Shown piece by piece: positions 1 through 8,799 of a DNA stretch of 35,122 bases. Position numbers and translations under genes: made by a program. A model generated the notes under the pieces. It did no database searches and was not told where the DNA came from. It saw nothing but the letters and a program-made list of their open reading frames with translations. The DNA is from an uncultured bacterium (lineage in GTDB: Bacteria; Hydrogenedentota; Hydrogenedentia; Hydrogenedentales; JAEUWI01): NCBI GenBank assembly GCA_963977445.1, contig CAXBPH010000042.1, positions 1 to 35,122 of the forward strand, read 5' to 3'. Each line of letters starts with the position of its first letter. Within the stretch, counting starts at the first letter, position 1.

Positions 1-466
1 GGTGGCAGAAAACACAACCCTGGCGAACCTGAGCGAACTTACGGGACGCCTGTTCCTGAATCGTAAGACCGAACGAAGCGTCACCGACCGCTACATCCGC
101 GAGCTGGCGATAAAGACACCGAGCGGGGCACAGATGGTCCAGAATCTTTCCGGGGGGAACCAGCAAAAAGTTGTTCTTGCGAAGTGGCTGTTTACCGATT
201 CGAAATTACTCATATTCGACGAGCCGACCCGTGGAATCGACGTGGGCGCGAAAGTCGAAATTTACAAGCTCATGAACGAGTTGGTGCGCAAGGGGGTGGC
301 CATACTCGTTATCTCCAGCGAACTCCCGGAAATCCTGGGTATGTGTGACCGCATTCTGGTCATGCACGAAGGTCGCATTGCCGGAGAACTCGATCGCAAC
401 GAAGCCACGCAAGAGCAAATTATGCAACTGGCCACCGGAACTGCGACTGCGGTAGCCGCTTCTTAG
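1..466 (+). CDS. Sugar ABC transporter ATP-binding protein (RbsA/MglA type), 3' part only
   Basis: Second-NBD motifs [23 protein letters not shown] and ISSELPE. The frame is open from the window start. Confidence 0.93.
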   Translation, partial: VAENTTLANLSELTGRLFLNRKTERSVTDRYIRELAIKTPSGAQMVQNLSGGNQQKVVLAKWLFTDSKLLIFDEPTRGIDVGAKVEIYKLMNELVRKGVAILVISSELPEILGMCDRILVMHEGRIAGELDRNEATQEQIMQLATGTATAVAAS

Positions 467-536
467 TAGCTTGCAGTAATATCCGGGTACGGCTAGCGCG
501 ACCTGCACAGCACGTGGTTCCCCACTTCTCTTTCCT

Positions 537-575
537 AAAGAAAATGCCCCAACATCTTCGGGATGTTGGGGCATT
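537..575 (-). terminator. Rho-independent terminator, possibly bidirectional, between convergent genes
   Basis: Perfect 14-bp stem AATGCCCCAACATC / GATGTTGGGGCATT (543-575). The A-rich tract at 537-544 gives a U-tail on the minus strand, downstream of CDS 600-2216. Confidence 0.85.
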
Positions 576-599
576 GTATGTATTGATAAGACTCGGACC

Positions 600-2216
600 T
601 TAGTTCGCCGGGGGCTTGGGGCGACCCTGGGGATTCTTGGAAGCTTCATCGTATTGAATCTTCTTCTTCTTGGCCTGTTCGATTTTGGCGTCTGCCAGCT
701 CGATAATATCCAGCTTTGCTTCCAGGGAATTCTTCGTGTGATCGTCGGGAATCACTTCAACGATTGCCGCCACACGTTCGTAAGACTTAATCGCATCTTC
801 GTACTTGTGTGACTCTTCCTGACGTTCGCCTTCTGCAATGGCGCTGCTCGCAAGATCCTGTACGTCAGAAATGGTCGTGCTCACGCTTCGCGTAATGCCC
901 TGTTCCATATCCTTAGAAATCTCAAACTGGTCGGTGAATTCGTCATCAACCGCCGCCAGGATTTCAAGGGCTTTGCGATAGGAGCTGATAGAGTTTCCGA
1001 AGTTGCCGCCCGTTGCCTGATTCTCGGCCTGTTCCTGGGTGCTCGCTGCGGAAGCAATAATCTTTACGATCATTTCACGACGTTCATCACGTGCTTTCTT
1101 CCGACGATTGGTCTCTTGAATCAAATCCGCCGCAACTTCGCTGGTACGGTCAAAGCGAAGGGCTTCCTGGAAGGACGAAAGGGCACTGGGCAATTCAGTC
1201 TCACCTTTTCCCTTTTCTTCGGCTTCTTCAAGGAAACTCCGGCCTTCATTCAAGTAATGCTTGGAAAGCTTGTCCGCAACACGATCACGATTCGGTCCGC
1301 TGAGGCTATATGCCGTACGCCATTCCGACACGCTCCGTTCGGTACTCTCTGGCGTTCCAAAGGCGTAATAGTTATCGCCGACTTGCTCAAATACTTCGGG
1401 GTCCGTCGGGGACAATTCCGCCAAATTATCGTATGCGAAATCCGCCTGATGAATGTTGGCTTTTTGCTCCAGCAGATAGGCGATCTCGTTAACGAAGTAA
1501 TCCTGCATCAGCGCGCTCGTAACCGGTGCCTTGGAGCCACTAGCTTTGGGCTGAATGATGGTAAACCACGCATCCGAAGTAGCTTCGACCGACTTGGAGA
1601 AGAACGTCTGACCACTTTCTTTCAGAAAGCCGTCATAGCCGGGGCCCCGACGATAATCTTCTTTAATGAGTAGGCGATTATCCCCGTAGAAGACCTGGAG
1701 CGAACGGAAGTAGTATTCAACATCCGTTATCGTCGAGCGTTTGGGCGTGGGGTCTGTGTATCCAAAATCGCTCAGGTGGGTGTTGATATCTTTGTCCATT
1801 TTGGCCAGAAGCGCCTTGTCTTCCGGGGTCCACGCCAAACCATAAGGCAGGAGCACATCGGAAATGAGCGCCGAAAGGGCACCCATGCGGTAGGCGAAGT
1901 AGGAGCCAGCGCCTTCCGGACGGACGTCACGGAGAAGTTGGATTTGAATGCCAACCGCCTGAATCGCTTCTTCTTCCGTGTTTATCGGAAGGGATTTGGA
2001 AATTACTGCGGTGCCCGCTTCCGCGCCACGAAGTACATCGGACTCGTAGTTGGTATCGCCAGGTCGGAACGTTCCAGGGTATTTCGTTTGAATAACCTGG
2101 ATGCCCATTCCCGTAATGGCCCGCTGAGCCCGTGGGCCCCACGCCAGTGCCTGAGCAGAGACGAAGACCATTGAAAGAACTACGCCGAATCGAATGATAT
2201 GCGTTGTGCTAGTCAT
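600..2216 (-). CDS. Exported protein: degenerate phospholipase C/P1-nuclease-like N-terminal domain plus TPR-like helical repeats
   Basis: 538 aa with SD AAGGA. The signal peptide ends in AQALA, followed by WG. The C-terminal half has TPR-like patterns (GNFGNSISSYRKAL, YEDAIKSYERV). The N-terminal fold is a pattern-level inference. Confidence 0.6.
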   Translation of the reverse strand: MTSTTHIIRFGVVLSMVFVSAQALAWGPRAQRAITGMGIQVIQTKYPGTFRPGDTNYESDVLRGAEAGTAVISKSLPINTEEEAIQAVGIQIQLLRDVRPEGAGSYFAYRMGALSALISDVLLPYGLAWTPEDKALLAKMDKDINTHLSDFGYTDPTPKRSTITDVEYYFRSLQVFYGDNRLLIKEDYRRGPGYDGFLKESGQTFFSKSVEATSDAWFTIIQPKASGSKAPVTSALMQDYFVNEIAYLLEQKANIHQADFAYDNLAELSPTDPEVFEQVGDNYYAFGTPESTERSVSEWRTAYSLSGPNRDRVADKLSKHYLNEGRSFLEEAEEKGKGETELPSALSSFQEALRFDRTSEVAADLIQETNRRKKARDERREMIVKIIASAASTQEQAENQATGGNFGNSISSYRKALEILAAVDDEFTDQFEISKDMEQGITRSVSTTISDVQDLASSAIAEGERQEESHKYEDAIKSYERVAAIVEVIPDDHTKNSLEAKLDIIELADAKIEQAKKKKIQYDEASKNPQGRPKPPAN

Positions 2217-2439
2217 GACTTTCCTTATCCATCGTTCCCGGTCCCTGGATGGACTCGGTTCGTGTGTCCTGTAACCTGATGACTTAGCTCCACTCCGTGT
2301 TGGAGTTACCCACGAAATGGTCTCCCAAACTGTGAAAACCTAGCGGTTACGTCCCTGTCGTAATCGTGCTAAATCCAGTGATCACGGTAACATAAGGAAG
2401 AAGAAGCTGTCAACGATTTCCCCATCTTAAGTTTTTACA

Positions 2440-4665
2440 TTATTCACCCTTATCCGGCGTCGGCCCGGATTCGGCAATTTGCACGATCCCATGGTGGGGC
2501 GCCCGGTTAAGGAAATGCTCCACATGAGAATATACGTCCTCCCGACCAGCACCGTTGATGATACCGTGTCGGTCACGAGACACCATAACAAATTCTTTAA
2601 AGCTACTACCAAGTTTATCAAAAATAAGTTGCCCGCTGATGGGTGACACAATCGGGTCGGAAGAGGCCTGGACCACCAAGGTGGGCACCGTCACCTCGCT
2701 CAAGACACTTTCTGTCACGTTCATGACTTCAACCAATTCACGGACCCCCCGGAGGGGATTTTTCCGATAATTGATGTGGCTGTTCTCCGGTTCGTTCACG
2801 ACGTAGTCCCAGGACTCCTTGCCTTGCCCGAGCCGTTTGAGGATAGAATTCAGGGATACCAGCGATGGCACGAGGCGTATCGAATAATTGTTCACCTGCA
2901 GGGGCGCACAGATACTGAAGGCGGCCTGAACCTTGAGTCCCTTACGGGCGGCGGCAATGAGGGCCAGACAGCCGCCGGTGGAAAACCCACCGACTATAAT
3001 GTTGTCGGTCACGCTCTTGATGACCGCATAGCCCCTATTATAAGACGTGTACCAATCCTCCCAGCTTCGCTCCACGAGGTCTTCGGGAGCGGTACCATGG
3101 CCCCGGAGGCGGACGCCGTAGACGGCATAACCCCGCTCGTAGAAGTACTCCGCCATCGCGCGCACTTCCATGGGGGCGGCCAGGTAGCCGTGGGCCAATA
3201 TGATACCCGCCTTGGGGTTCCGTGGCTTCAGGAAGAATGGTCGACCCACGTCGGGACCGTGACTCCCCTCGGGATCGAAAAATTGGGCGTAGTCCTCTTC
3301 GAAGTATCGCTCATCTTCTTCAAGAAAGATCTCTCGGATTCGGCGAGAGAGCAGATTTCGTGGCATAACCGCCGCATTTTTTATGAGGGCGGTGACGGTC
3401 ACCAGGGGTTCGATCTCGTTGGCAATTACATTGGTCAGTTCATGAAACCGAATCGTATGAAAATCGGCAGCGCCCCGTTCCACATCCATATTTTTCCGGT
3501 AGGTGTTGCCTTCCCGGATGATTAGCCCCTCTTTGAGACAGAGTTTGGTGAAGTCCTCAAACTTTGGGCTCGGGTCTTCGAAGACGATATCCCGATAGGT
3601 TCGTTCGAGCACACCATGAAGACGGTGGTGACCCAATTTCCGCAATTGATGGGCACACAAGAAAATCCGATTACGGTAGGCCCGTTCGGTGGAGCAGGCA
3701 CCTTTCTGGTAGCGGATGAGGGTCGCAAAAATGTGGTCGTAGTTGATGGTGGTGAGCTGATAGATGGATTCCATATACCGCAGCATCAGACTGCGGGCGG
3801 CCTCGTTAAACACCGAACCGGGATCGGTCTCAAGGGACTCCATGTCGTTCAGTCCACAGGCCATAACGGACGCATACTCCGGCGCTTGGAGATACTTGTT
3901 GACGTCGATGGGCTCGCCCAGGGTTATATCGATATCGGTGTCTTCCGAGAGTACGGTGCCTTCTACCGACAATTCCTCGAGGGCCCGCTTGTTCAGATCT
4001 TTGGCAAATAGACGGGCCAGACGGAGGACAACGTTATCGCGGGCGCGCATGGGAAAGTAGGTGATGTTCACCGGAATGATAACGGTTCGTTTGTTGATCA
4101 CATCGGCGTCGGGTGGCAAATCGAAGAGGGCGAAGGCTTTGCTCATGCTTTCTTCATTGTCGGGTCGCTCGGCCAGACAAGAAAGTTTCTGCCGGTAGAA
4201 TTCCGCCCGCAGGGCCAGCACCGCGGCGCCCGTGTGGGGTGGTCGACGCTTACCGCCGCTGAAAATGCTGAATTGTCCCGAGGGGTCGACCACTTTCTTG
4301 TCTTTGATCATGGCCCCTTCCGGAAAAATCATCCAGGGGTGTTCCCCGTTGAGCAAGGCGTGCACAATAATTCGGTCTCTATCGGGGTCCGCCGTGGAAA
4401 CGGTGCCGGTGGACTGGAGGTATTTCCCTAGTCGGCCCTTGAATAATTCGGCGGCCGCAAGCCCCCAGATTTCTTTCCCCGTATGCTTATGGATGATGTA
4501 AGGAAGGAGCAGGGTCTCCAAACGGGTGAAATGGTTGACCACGAAGATTATGGCCATATCGTCTTTGATAATTTCCTGGTTGTGAAGTCTGACGTCGGCC
4601 CGTATGAGCTGAGAGGCCAGATCCAGAGACCATTTGGTCATAGAGAGGGCAACCGTAGAAGCCAT
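2440..4665 (-). CDS. PlsC/PlsB-like acyltransferase fused to a C-terminal alpha/beta-hydrolase (carboxylesterase/lipase)
   Basis: Acyltransferase blocks VVNHFTRLE, IFPEG and IIPV. Hydrolase motifs LAHGY, GFSTG (nucleophile), SSDPIV and RHGII. Start placed at ATG 4665 (GGGAG 9 nt upstream) rather than GTG 4686. Confidence 0.85.
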   Translation of the reverse strand: MASTVALSMTKWSLDLASQLIRADVRLHNQEIIKDDMAIIFVVNHFTRLETLLLPYIIHKHTGKEIWGLAAAELFKGRLGKYLQSTGTVSTADPDRDRIIVHALLNGEHPWMIFPEGAMIKDKKVVDPSGQFSIFSGGKRRPPHTGAAVLALRAEFYRQKLSCLAERPDNEESMSKAFALFDLPPDADVINKRTVIIPVNITYFPMRARDNVVLRLARLFAKDLNKRALEELSVEGTVLSEDTDIDITLGEPIDVNKYLQAPEYASVMACGLNDMESLETDPGSVFNEAARSLMLRYMESIYQLTTINYDHIFATLIRYQKGACSTERAYRNRIFLCAHQLRKLGHHRLHGVLERTYRDIVFEDPSPKFEDFTKLCLKEGLIIREGNTYRKNMDVERGAADFHTIRFHELTNVIANEIEPLVTVTALIKNAAVMPRNLLSRRIREIFLEEDERYFEEDYAQFFDPEGSHGPDVGRPFFLKPRNPKAGIILAHGYLAAPMEVRAMAEYFYERGYAVYGVRLRGHGTAPEDLVERSWEDWYTSYNRGYAVIKSVTDNIIVGGFSTGGCLALIAAARKGLKVQAAFSICAPLQVNNYSIRLVPSLVSLNSILKRLGQGKESWDYVVNEPENSHINYRKNPLRGVRELVEVMNVTESVLSEVTVPTLVVQASSDPIVSPISGQLIFDKLGSSFKEFVMVSRDRHGIINGAGREDVYSHVEHFLNRAPHHGIVQIAESGPTPDKGE

Positions 4666-5022
4666 TAAGACATACTCCCAATACACTGCATCATGTCGGT
4701 CGGATCCCTTGTCTCACGACGGCACATACATTTCTGGCGTGGAAATTCAGGGGGGGACGGGGTCGTTGAGCGCGTTTTCGAAGACGTTGTCCGCTACACG
4801 CGAGATTCATAGGTTAACCCCATTAGCTATGCAACGGAACACACTGGGCATAGCGCAACCGTGCAATCATCAACTGGGGCGTCTGAAATACCCACAGGTG
4901 GCGTCTCTCCGCAGGACCCGATGTCCACATCGACATCGTACCCGCTGCCGCATTCAGCATAGCACAGGAGGTTGAATTCTGCCACTGCGGATACCTCCGG
5001 CGGATCGCTCGAATGGATAGGG

Positions 5023-8000
5023 CTAGTCCACCAGTTTTTGTGTGCCCCGGAGCAGGTTCCGCGCCCCGTTTCCCATCGATTTAATGGGACCGAGTGAACT
5101 GGCGCGAAATACGGGATCCGACGCAGGACCGGAGATGCGCAGCTCCACACCGAAAGCCTTATTCACCAATTCCGCGGCCTCGCCCAAAATGGGAATCCTG
5201 CTAGCCACACCGGTCACCCCCTCTAGGATTAAAAGCCCCATCGTCCCGCTCGCGGCGTCCTTAGGAAAGTCCAGGACAAGTTCGGCGTCGAGCGCGTAGG
5301 TACTGTCTTCCATTTCGTAGCGTGACAGGGTAAAAACGCCCGCTTCCACGGAGAGTTCACCCGCCAGTCGTTCAAAGGTCACACCTTTGTCACGAAGGGA
5401 GGGTATACGCATCCGAAGGATGTCGGTGGTCCGCAAGGCCGTGAGAAATTTGGATGCCAGGCCAGCCTTACCCAGGGTTCCATCGTGGGCAGAAAAATCT
5501 ATTTTTCCATCCATCACGTGGTGCAGTGGCGTATCGTCCTTTGGAATGGGCATCGCCAGCACAACCCGCCCGTCAACCAGCCCGTGCATGTCTCTCGAGT
5601 CTTCGATGAGCAGTTCTTCAATCTGCCCCAGGTCGACCGCGAGAAGCACGAGGTCAATCTGTACCTGATCGAGGGCACCATCCCGCCCGTAGCGGCGGTT
5701 GATGGTGCCCGTTGTGAGTCCTTCACCGCGCTTAATCTGGAGATTGGAAAGGGTGAGTTCCTCGGGCTTCATCGTCAGTTTTCCGGTAAGCTGCCCAAGC
5801 GTCGCATCGCCCCACGTCAGCGAATCGATGCTAAGTGCCACCTCGCCGGAATATGCACCGCCGTCTGCATCTGCCGCCCCCGTGGTATCTTCTGTTGTCG
5901 GAGGCGTCCACCAATCCATCAACCGGGTGTAATCCGTTTGAACCTGATCAATGCTGAGCGCGGGGGACTGCAAGTCTCCTGCCCATGCTCCGCTCTGGTT
6001 GTTCAGGGTCAGCATTGCCTGCTGGTCGCCCAGTGAAAGGGCCAGGCCATTGAGTTGCCATGCCGCCCCATCCATCAGCACCTCCCCATTCACTACGACG
6101 GCGGGCTGATTCTCCGTGGCGGCCATCGTGGCCCCCACTAAACGCAGGTTGAGCTTGCCGGGGCTATAGCTCCCCGTCAGTTGGCCCGACAGGGCAGCGT
6201 CGGATTGAAGCAGTGGCGCAAACTCCTCAAGGGACAGATTTATATCGTTGGTGGACATGCCGTTTCCGTCCCAACGAAAGGGGATGGTGCTTTCGCCGAG
6301 GAGCACGCGGCCAGTGATATCTTGTACCCCGTCGTCTGCCCAGCGTCCGGAAACTTCCACGAGTGATTTAAATCCAGTCTCTTTCTTCAACGTGTGCCAT
6401 TGTACAACCGCCTCATTGAAATTGAGTGTGGCTTCCACGTCACCGGTTACAGGTTTAAAACGAAGGGCCGTTTCGACGATCCCGGTCGCTACTACGCCAT
6501 CGGGAAGTGTTTCGGCAAACCAGTCGACGGGCAGATCGGCGACGGCCGTAACCTCCCCAACGGTGCCCTGAGGAGATAGCTGGGCGGCACCATAGAAAAG
6601 CATGGGCTCTTCCGATTTGAAGGTCAGGGCCGGTATCTTCCCGTCGTACTGTATTTGCACAGTTGTGGAAGAGACGTGCGCTTCCAGCAGGGGACCAAAG
6701 TCTTCCCAATACGTCGGAGACATGGCATTTTGCGCCAGTGCGGCGGCCTGAATGGTCACGGCCGTATCCAGAACACGGGTCGCAGGCGCATAGCTGCCCC
6801 GGGCACCGAGTTTGCCCCATCGCTTACCCTGTCCGGATAGATCGTAGGCGATGGCCCCCTCTTTGGTCGTGAGATTGACCTTCCGAAAGGTGAAGGTATC
6901 CTCCAGCGGCCCCGGTGGCAGGGTCAGCTGAACATCGCTCATGGTACCTTCGATATTGAGTTCGCTGAAGGCACCGTCCACGCGGGAATAGGAACCGGAG
7001 AGGGCGGGCAAGTCCAGCGCACCGGCGATAAAGTAGGGGTAGAGGGGTTTCCAGACGGGGCTGCTGAGGTCGCTTTTCAAGCTGCCTTCAAAGGACCAAT
7101 GCTCACCCAGGGCGTCCGGCGTCACCGTTCCGGTCACTTCACTCTTCATGGTGGCAAGGCGTTCCAGTCGAATGGCACCGTTCTCCAGATGAACCAGGCC
7201 AGCAATACCATCCAGGGGAACAAAGGCCTCCTGACTCCGGTCCCACAGGGCCACGGCACCATCACGTAAATCTGCGCTGAGCTGGGTTTCCTCCAGCTTC
7301 GGCTGGCCGTTCACCAGCACCGTCGAAAATTGCTGGAGATCGACGGTGCCGCCATCGAGTCGCAGTGTCTGGCGAAGCGCGGGAGGCAGTGGAAAAGCCG
7401 GGCCGAGGTAGCCCTGTCCCGATAGCTCCAGCGTGTACGTTTCGTCATCGTTAATGCGCAACATGCCCGAGGCATTAATAAAATCACTGGAAATATCACG
7501 GATCTCATATCCGTAGTCCGTTATGGAAATATGACTGCGCAGGCCGGACACCACGAAACTGGGGGAATCAACAACGAGGTCAACCCCCTCGGTCCGAACA
7601 ACGCCCGACCCAATCACGAAAACACCCGTGGCATCGACACCCAGGTTCATATGCTCCAGCCGACAGGTTGACAGGGCTTCCCGATTTGGCCGGACCGGCA
7701 GTTCCGGCACATAGCGCAGGAGCCAGTCCACGCCCAGGCCCGCCAAATCCGCCTCCACGATAGCCAGACTCCATCCCGTACCGCTGGGAATCTCCAGCCC
7801 ACCTTTGAACGCGACCGGCTCGGTATGGATGTCCATATCTTCCAGCCGCAATCCTTCTTCACCGAAGTTGCCCTTTAGTCGGTACGTTCCGTCTCTCATG
7901 GCGCCGTAGGGCTGGGAGATAACTCCATCGGCTTCCCAGGAAAACTGGTTGTCCTGGGAAAGTTGGTAGTCCAGGTCGCCGTCCAGTAAAAATGCCGGTA

Positions 8001-8724
8001 GCAGATGCTCACCCGTCAAATCCTTCAGCGGCAGATGGGTTAGTTTGGCCTCGCCGTCAAGCACGGGATCTTCGTCTACCGTGAGGGCAAACGCCCCCTC
8101 GGCCTTGGGGCTGCCATATACCCCGACACCCTCCCCATTGAAGCTGAAAACGGGTGCCCTGGTGGTAACGTCGGTGACGGTCAGGTCGCCGACGGCAAAG
8201 ACCGCGTCGCCACGAACAATCTTGAGGGCCTTTGCCTCGATAGCGTTGAGCGTCACCCGTATCATGGGCTTTCCCCCGCTGCCGTCGGGTGTTGCCAGAT
8301 CGAGCATATAGGCGCGCCAGCGATCGATGAAATCGTCGTTGGATTCGGGCAGGTGAACGCTTAGTTCGTTGATCGAAACGGTGCGCAGGTCGAGTTGCCG
8401 CCGAACCAGTTTGCCGAGATCGGCTGTCACAGAGACCCGGGGCGAAAAGGCCCGGAAGTCGCCTTCCCCTACGGTGACATTCTGCACCACCAGTCGGGGT
8501 GTGGGAAATATCTTGAGATCCATAGCCTCGAAGGAAATGGGCAATTCGATAAGCAGTTCCAACTCTTTGTCGATAACGGGGCGAAAGCGCTCAATATCAA
8601 TAAGCCGCTCCACCACTTGCCAGCCCACGATAATGGTGACGAGGGGGATGGAAAGGAGCAAAATGCGGCGACGGCGACGCTTTCGTGGGGGTGCCTGCTG
8701 GGTGCTGGGGGATTCGGAAGTCAT
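5023..8724 (-). CDS. AsmA-like (AsmA/AsmA_2) periplasmic beta-rich bridge protein
   Basis: 1233 aa. A basic N-terminus and single TM anchor are followed by an AsmA-type start (LKIFPTPRLVVQNVTVG). The body is beta-rich and the C-terminus is AsmA_2-like (RIPILG...RISGPASDP). Confidence 0.8.
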   Translation of the reverse strand: MTSESPSTQQAPPRKRRRRRILLLSIPLVTIIVGWQVVERLIDIERFRPVIDKELELLIELPISFEAMDLKIFPTPRLVVQNVTVGEGDFRAFSPRVSVTADLGKLVRRQLDLRTVSINELSVHLPESNDDFIDRWRAYMLDLATPDGSGGKPMIRVTLNAIEAKALKIVRGDAVFAVGDLTVTDVTTRAPVFSFNGEGVGVYGSPKAEGAFALTVDEDPVLDGEAKLTHLPLKDLTGEHLLPAFLLDGDLDYQLSQDNQFSWEADGVISQPYGAMRDGTYRLKGNFGEEGLRLEDMDIHTEPVAFKGGLEIPSGTGWSLAIVEADLAGLGVDWLLRYVPELPVRPNREALSTCRLEHMNLGVDATGVFVIGSGVVRTEGVDLVVDSPSFVVSGLRSHISITDYGYEIRDISSDFINASGMLRINDDETYTLELSGQGYLGPAFPLPPALRQTLRLDGGTVDLQQFSTVLVNGQPKLEETQLSADLRDGAVALWDRSQEAFVPLDGIAGLVHLENGAIRLERLATMKSEVTGTVTPDALGEHWSFEGSLKSDLSSPVWKPLYPYFIAGALDLPALSGSYSRVDGAFSELNIEGTMSDVQLTLPPGPLEDTFTFRKVNLTTKEGAIAYDLSGQGKRWGKLGARGSYAPATRVLDTAVTIQAAALAQNAMSPTYWEDFGPLLEAHVSSTTVQIQYDGKIPALTFKSEEPMLFYGAAQLSPQGTVGEVTAVADLPVDWFAETLPDGVVATGIVETALRFKPVTGDVEATLNFNEAVVQWHTLKKETGFKSLVEVSGRWADDGVQDITGRVLLGESTIPFRWDGNGMSTNDINLSLEEFAPLLQSDAALSGQLTGSYSPGKLNLRLVGATMAATENQPAVVVNGEVLMDGAAWQLNGLALSLGDQQAMLTLNNQSGAWAGDLQSPALSIDQVQTDYTRLMDWWTPPTTEDTTGAADADGGAYSGEVALSIDSLTWGDATLGQLTGKLTMKPEELTLSNLQIKRGEGLTTGTINRRYGRDGALDQVQIDLVLLAVDLGQIEELLIEDSRDMHGLVDGRVVLAMPIPKDDTPLHHVMDGKIDFSAHDGTLGKAGLASKFLTALRTTDILRMRIPSLRDKGVTFERLAGELSVEAGVFTLSRYEMEDSTYALDAELVLDFPKDAASGTMGLLILEGVTGVASRIPILGEAAELVNKAFGVELRISGPASDPVFRASSLGPIKSMGNGARNLLRGTQKLVD

Positions 8725-8799
8725 GGGGATAGATTTTATCAGGGTTTCGGGCGGGTTTGTTAGCGCAATTATTGCTCTATCTTAGTGACCTGAGCATTC

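Noticed and set aside
4827..5150. Cys-rich 107-aa minus-strand ORF (ends CPVCSVA), suggesting a zinc-binding protein
   Set aside because: It overlaps the AsmA-like gene end in another frame and has no SD. The region looks more like the promoter/UTR of the acyltransferase gene (extended -10-like TGCTATGCT).
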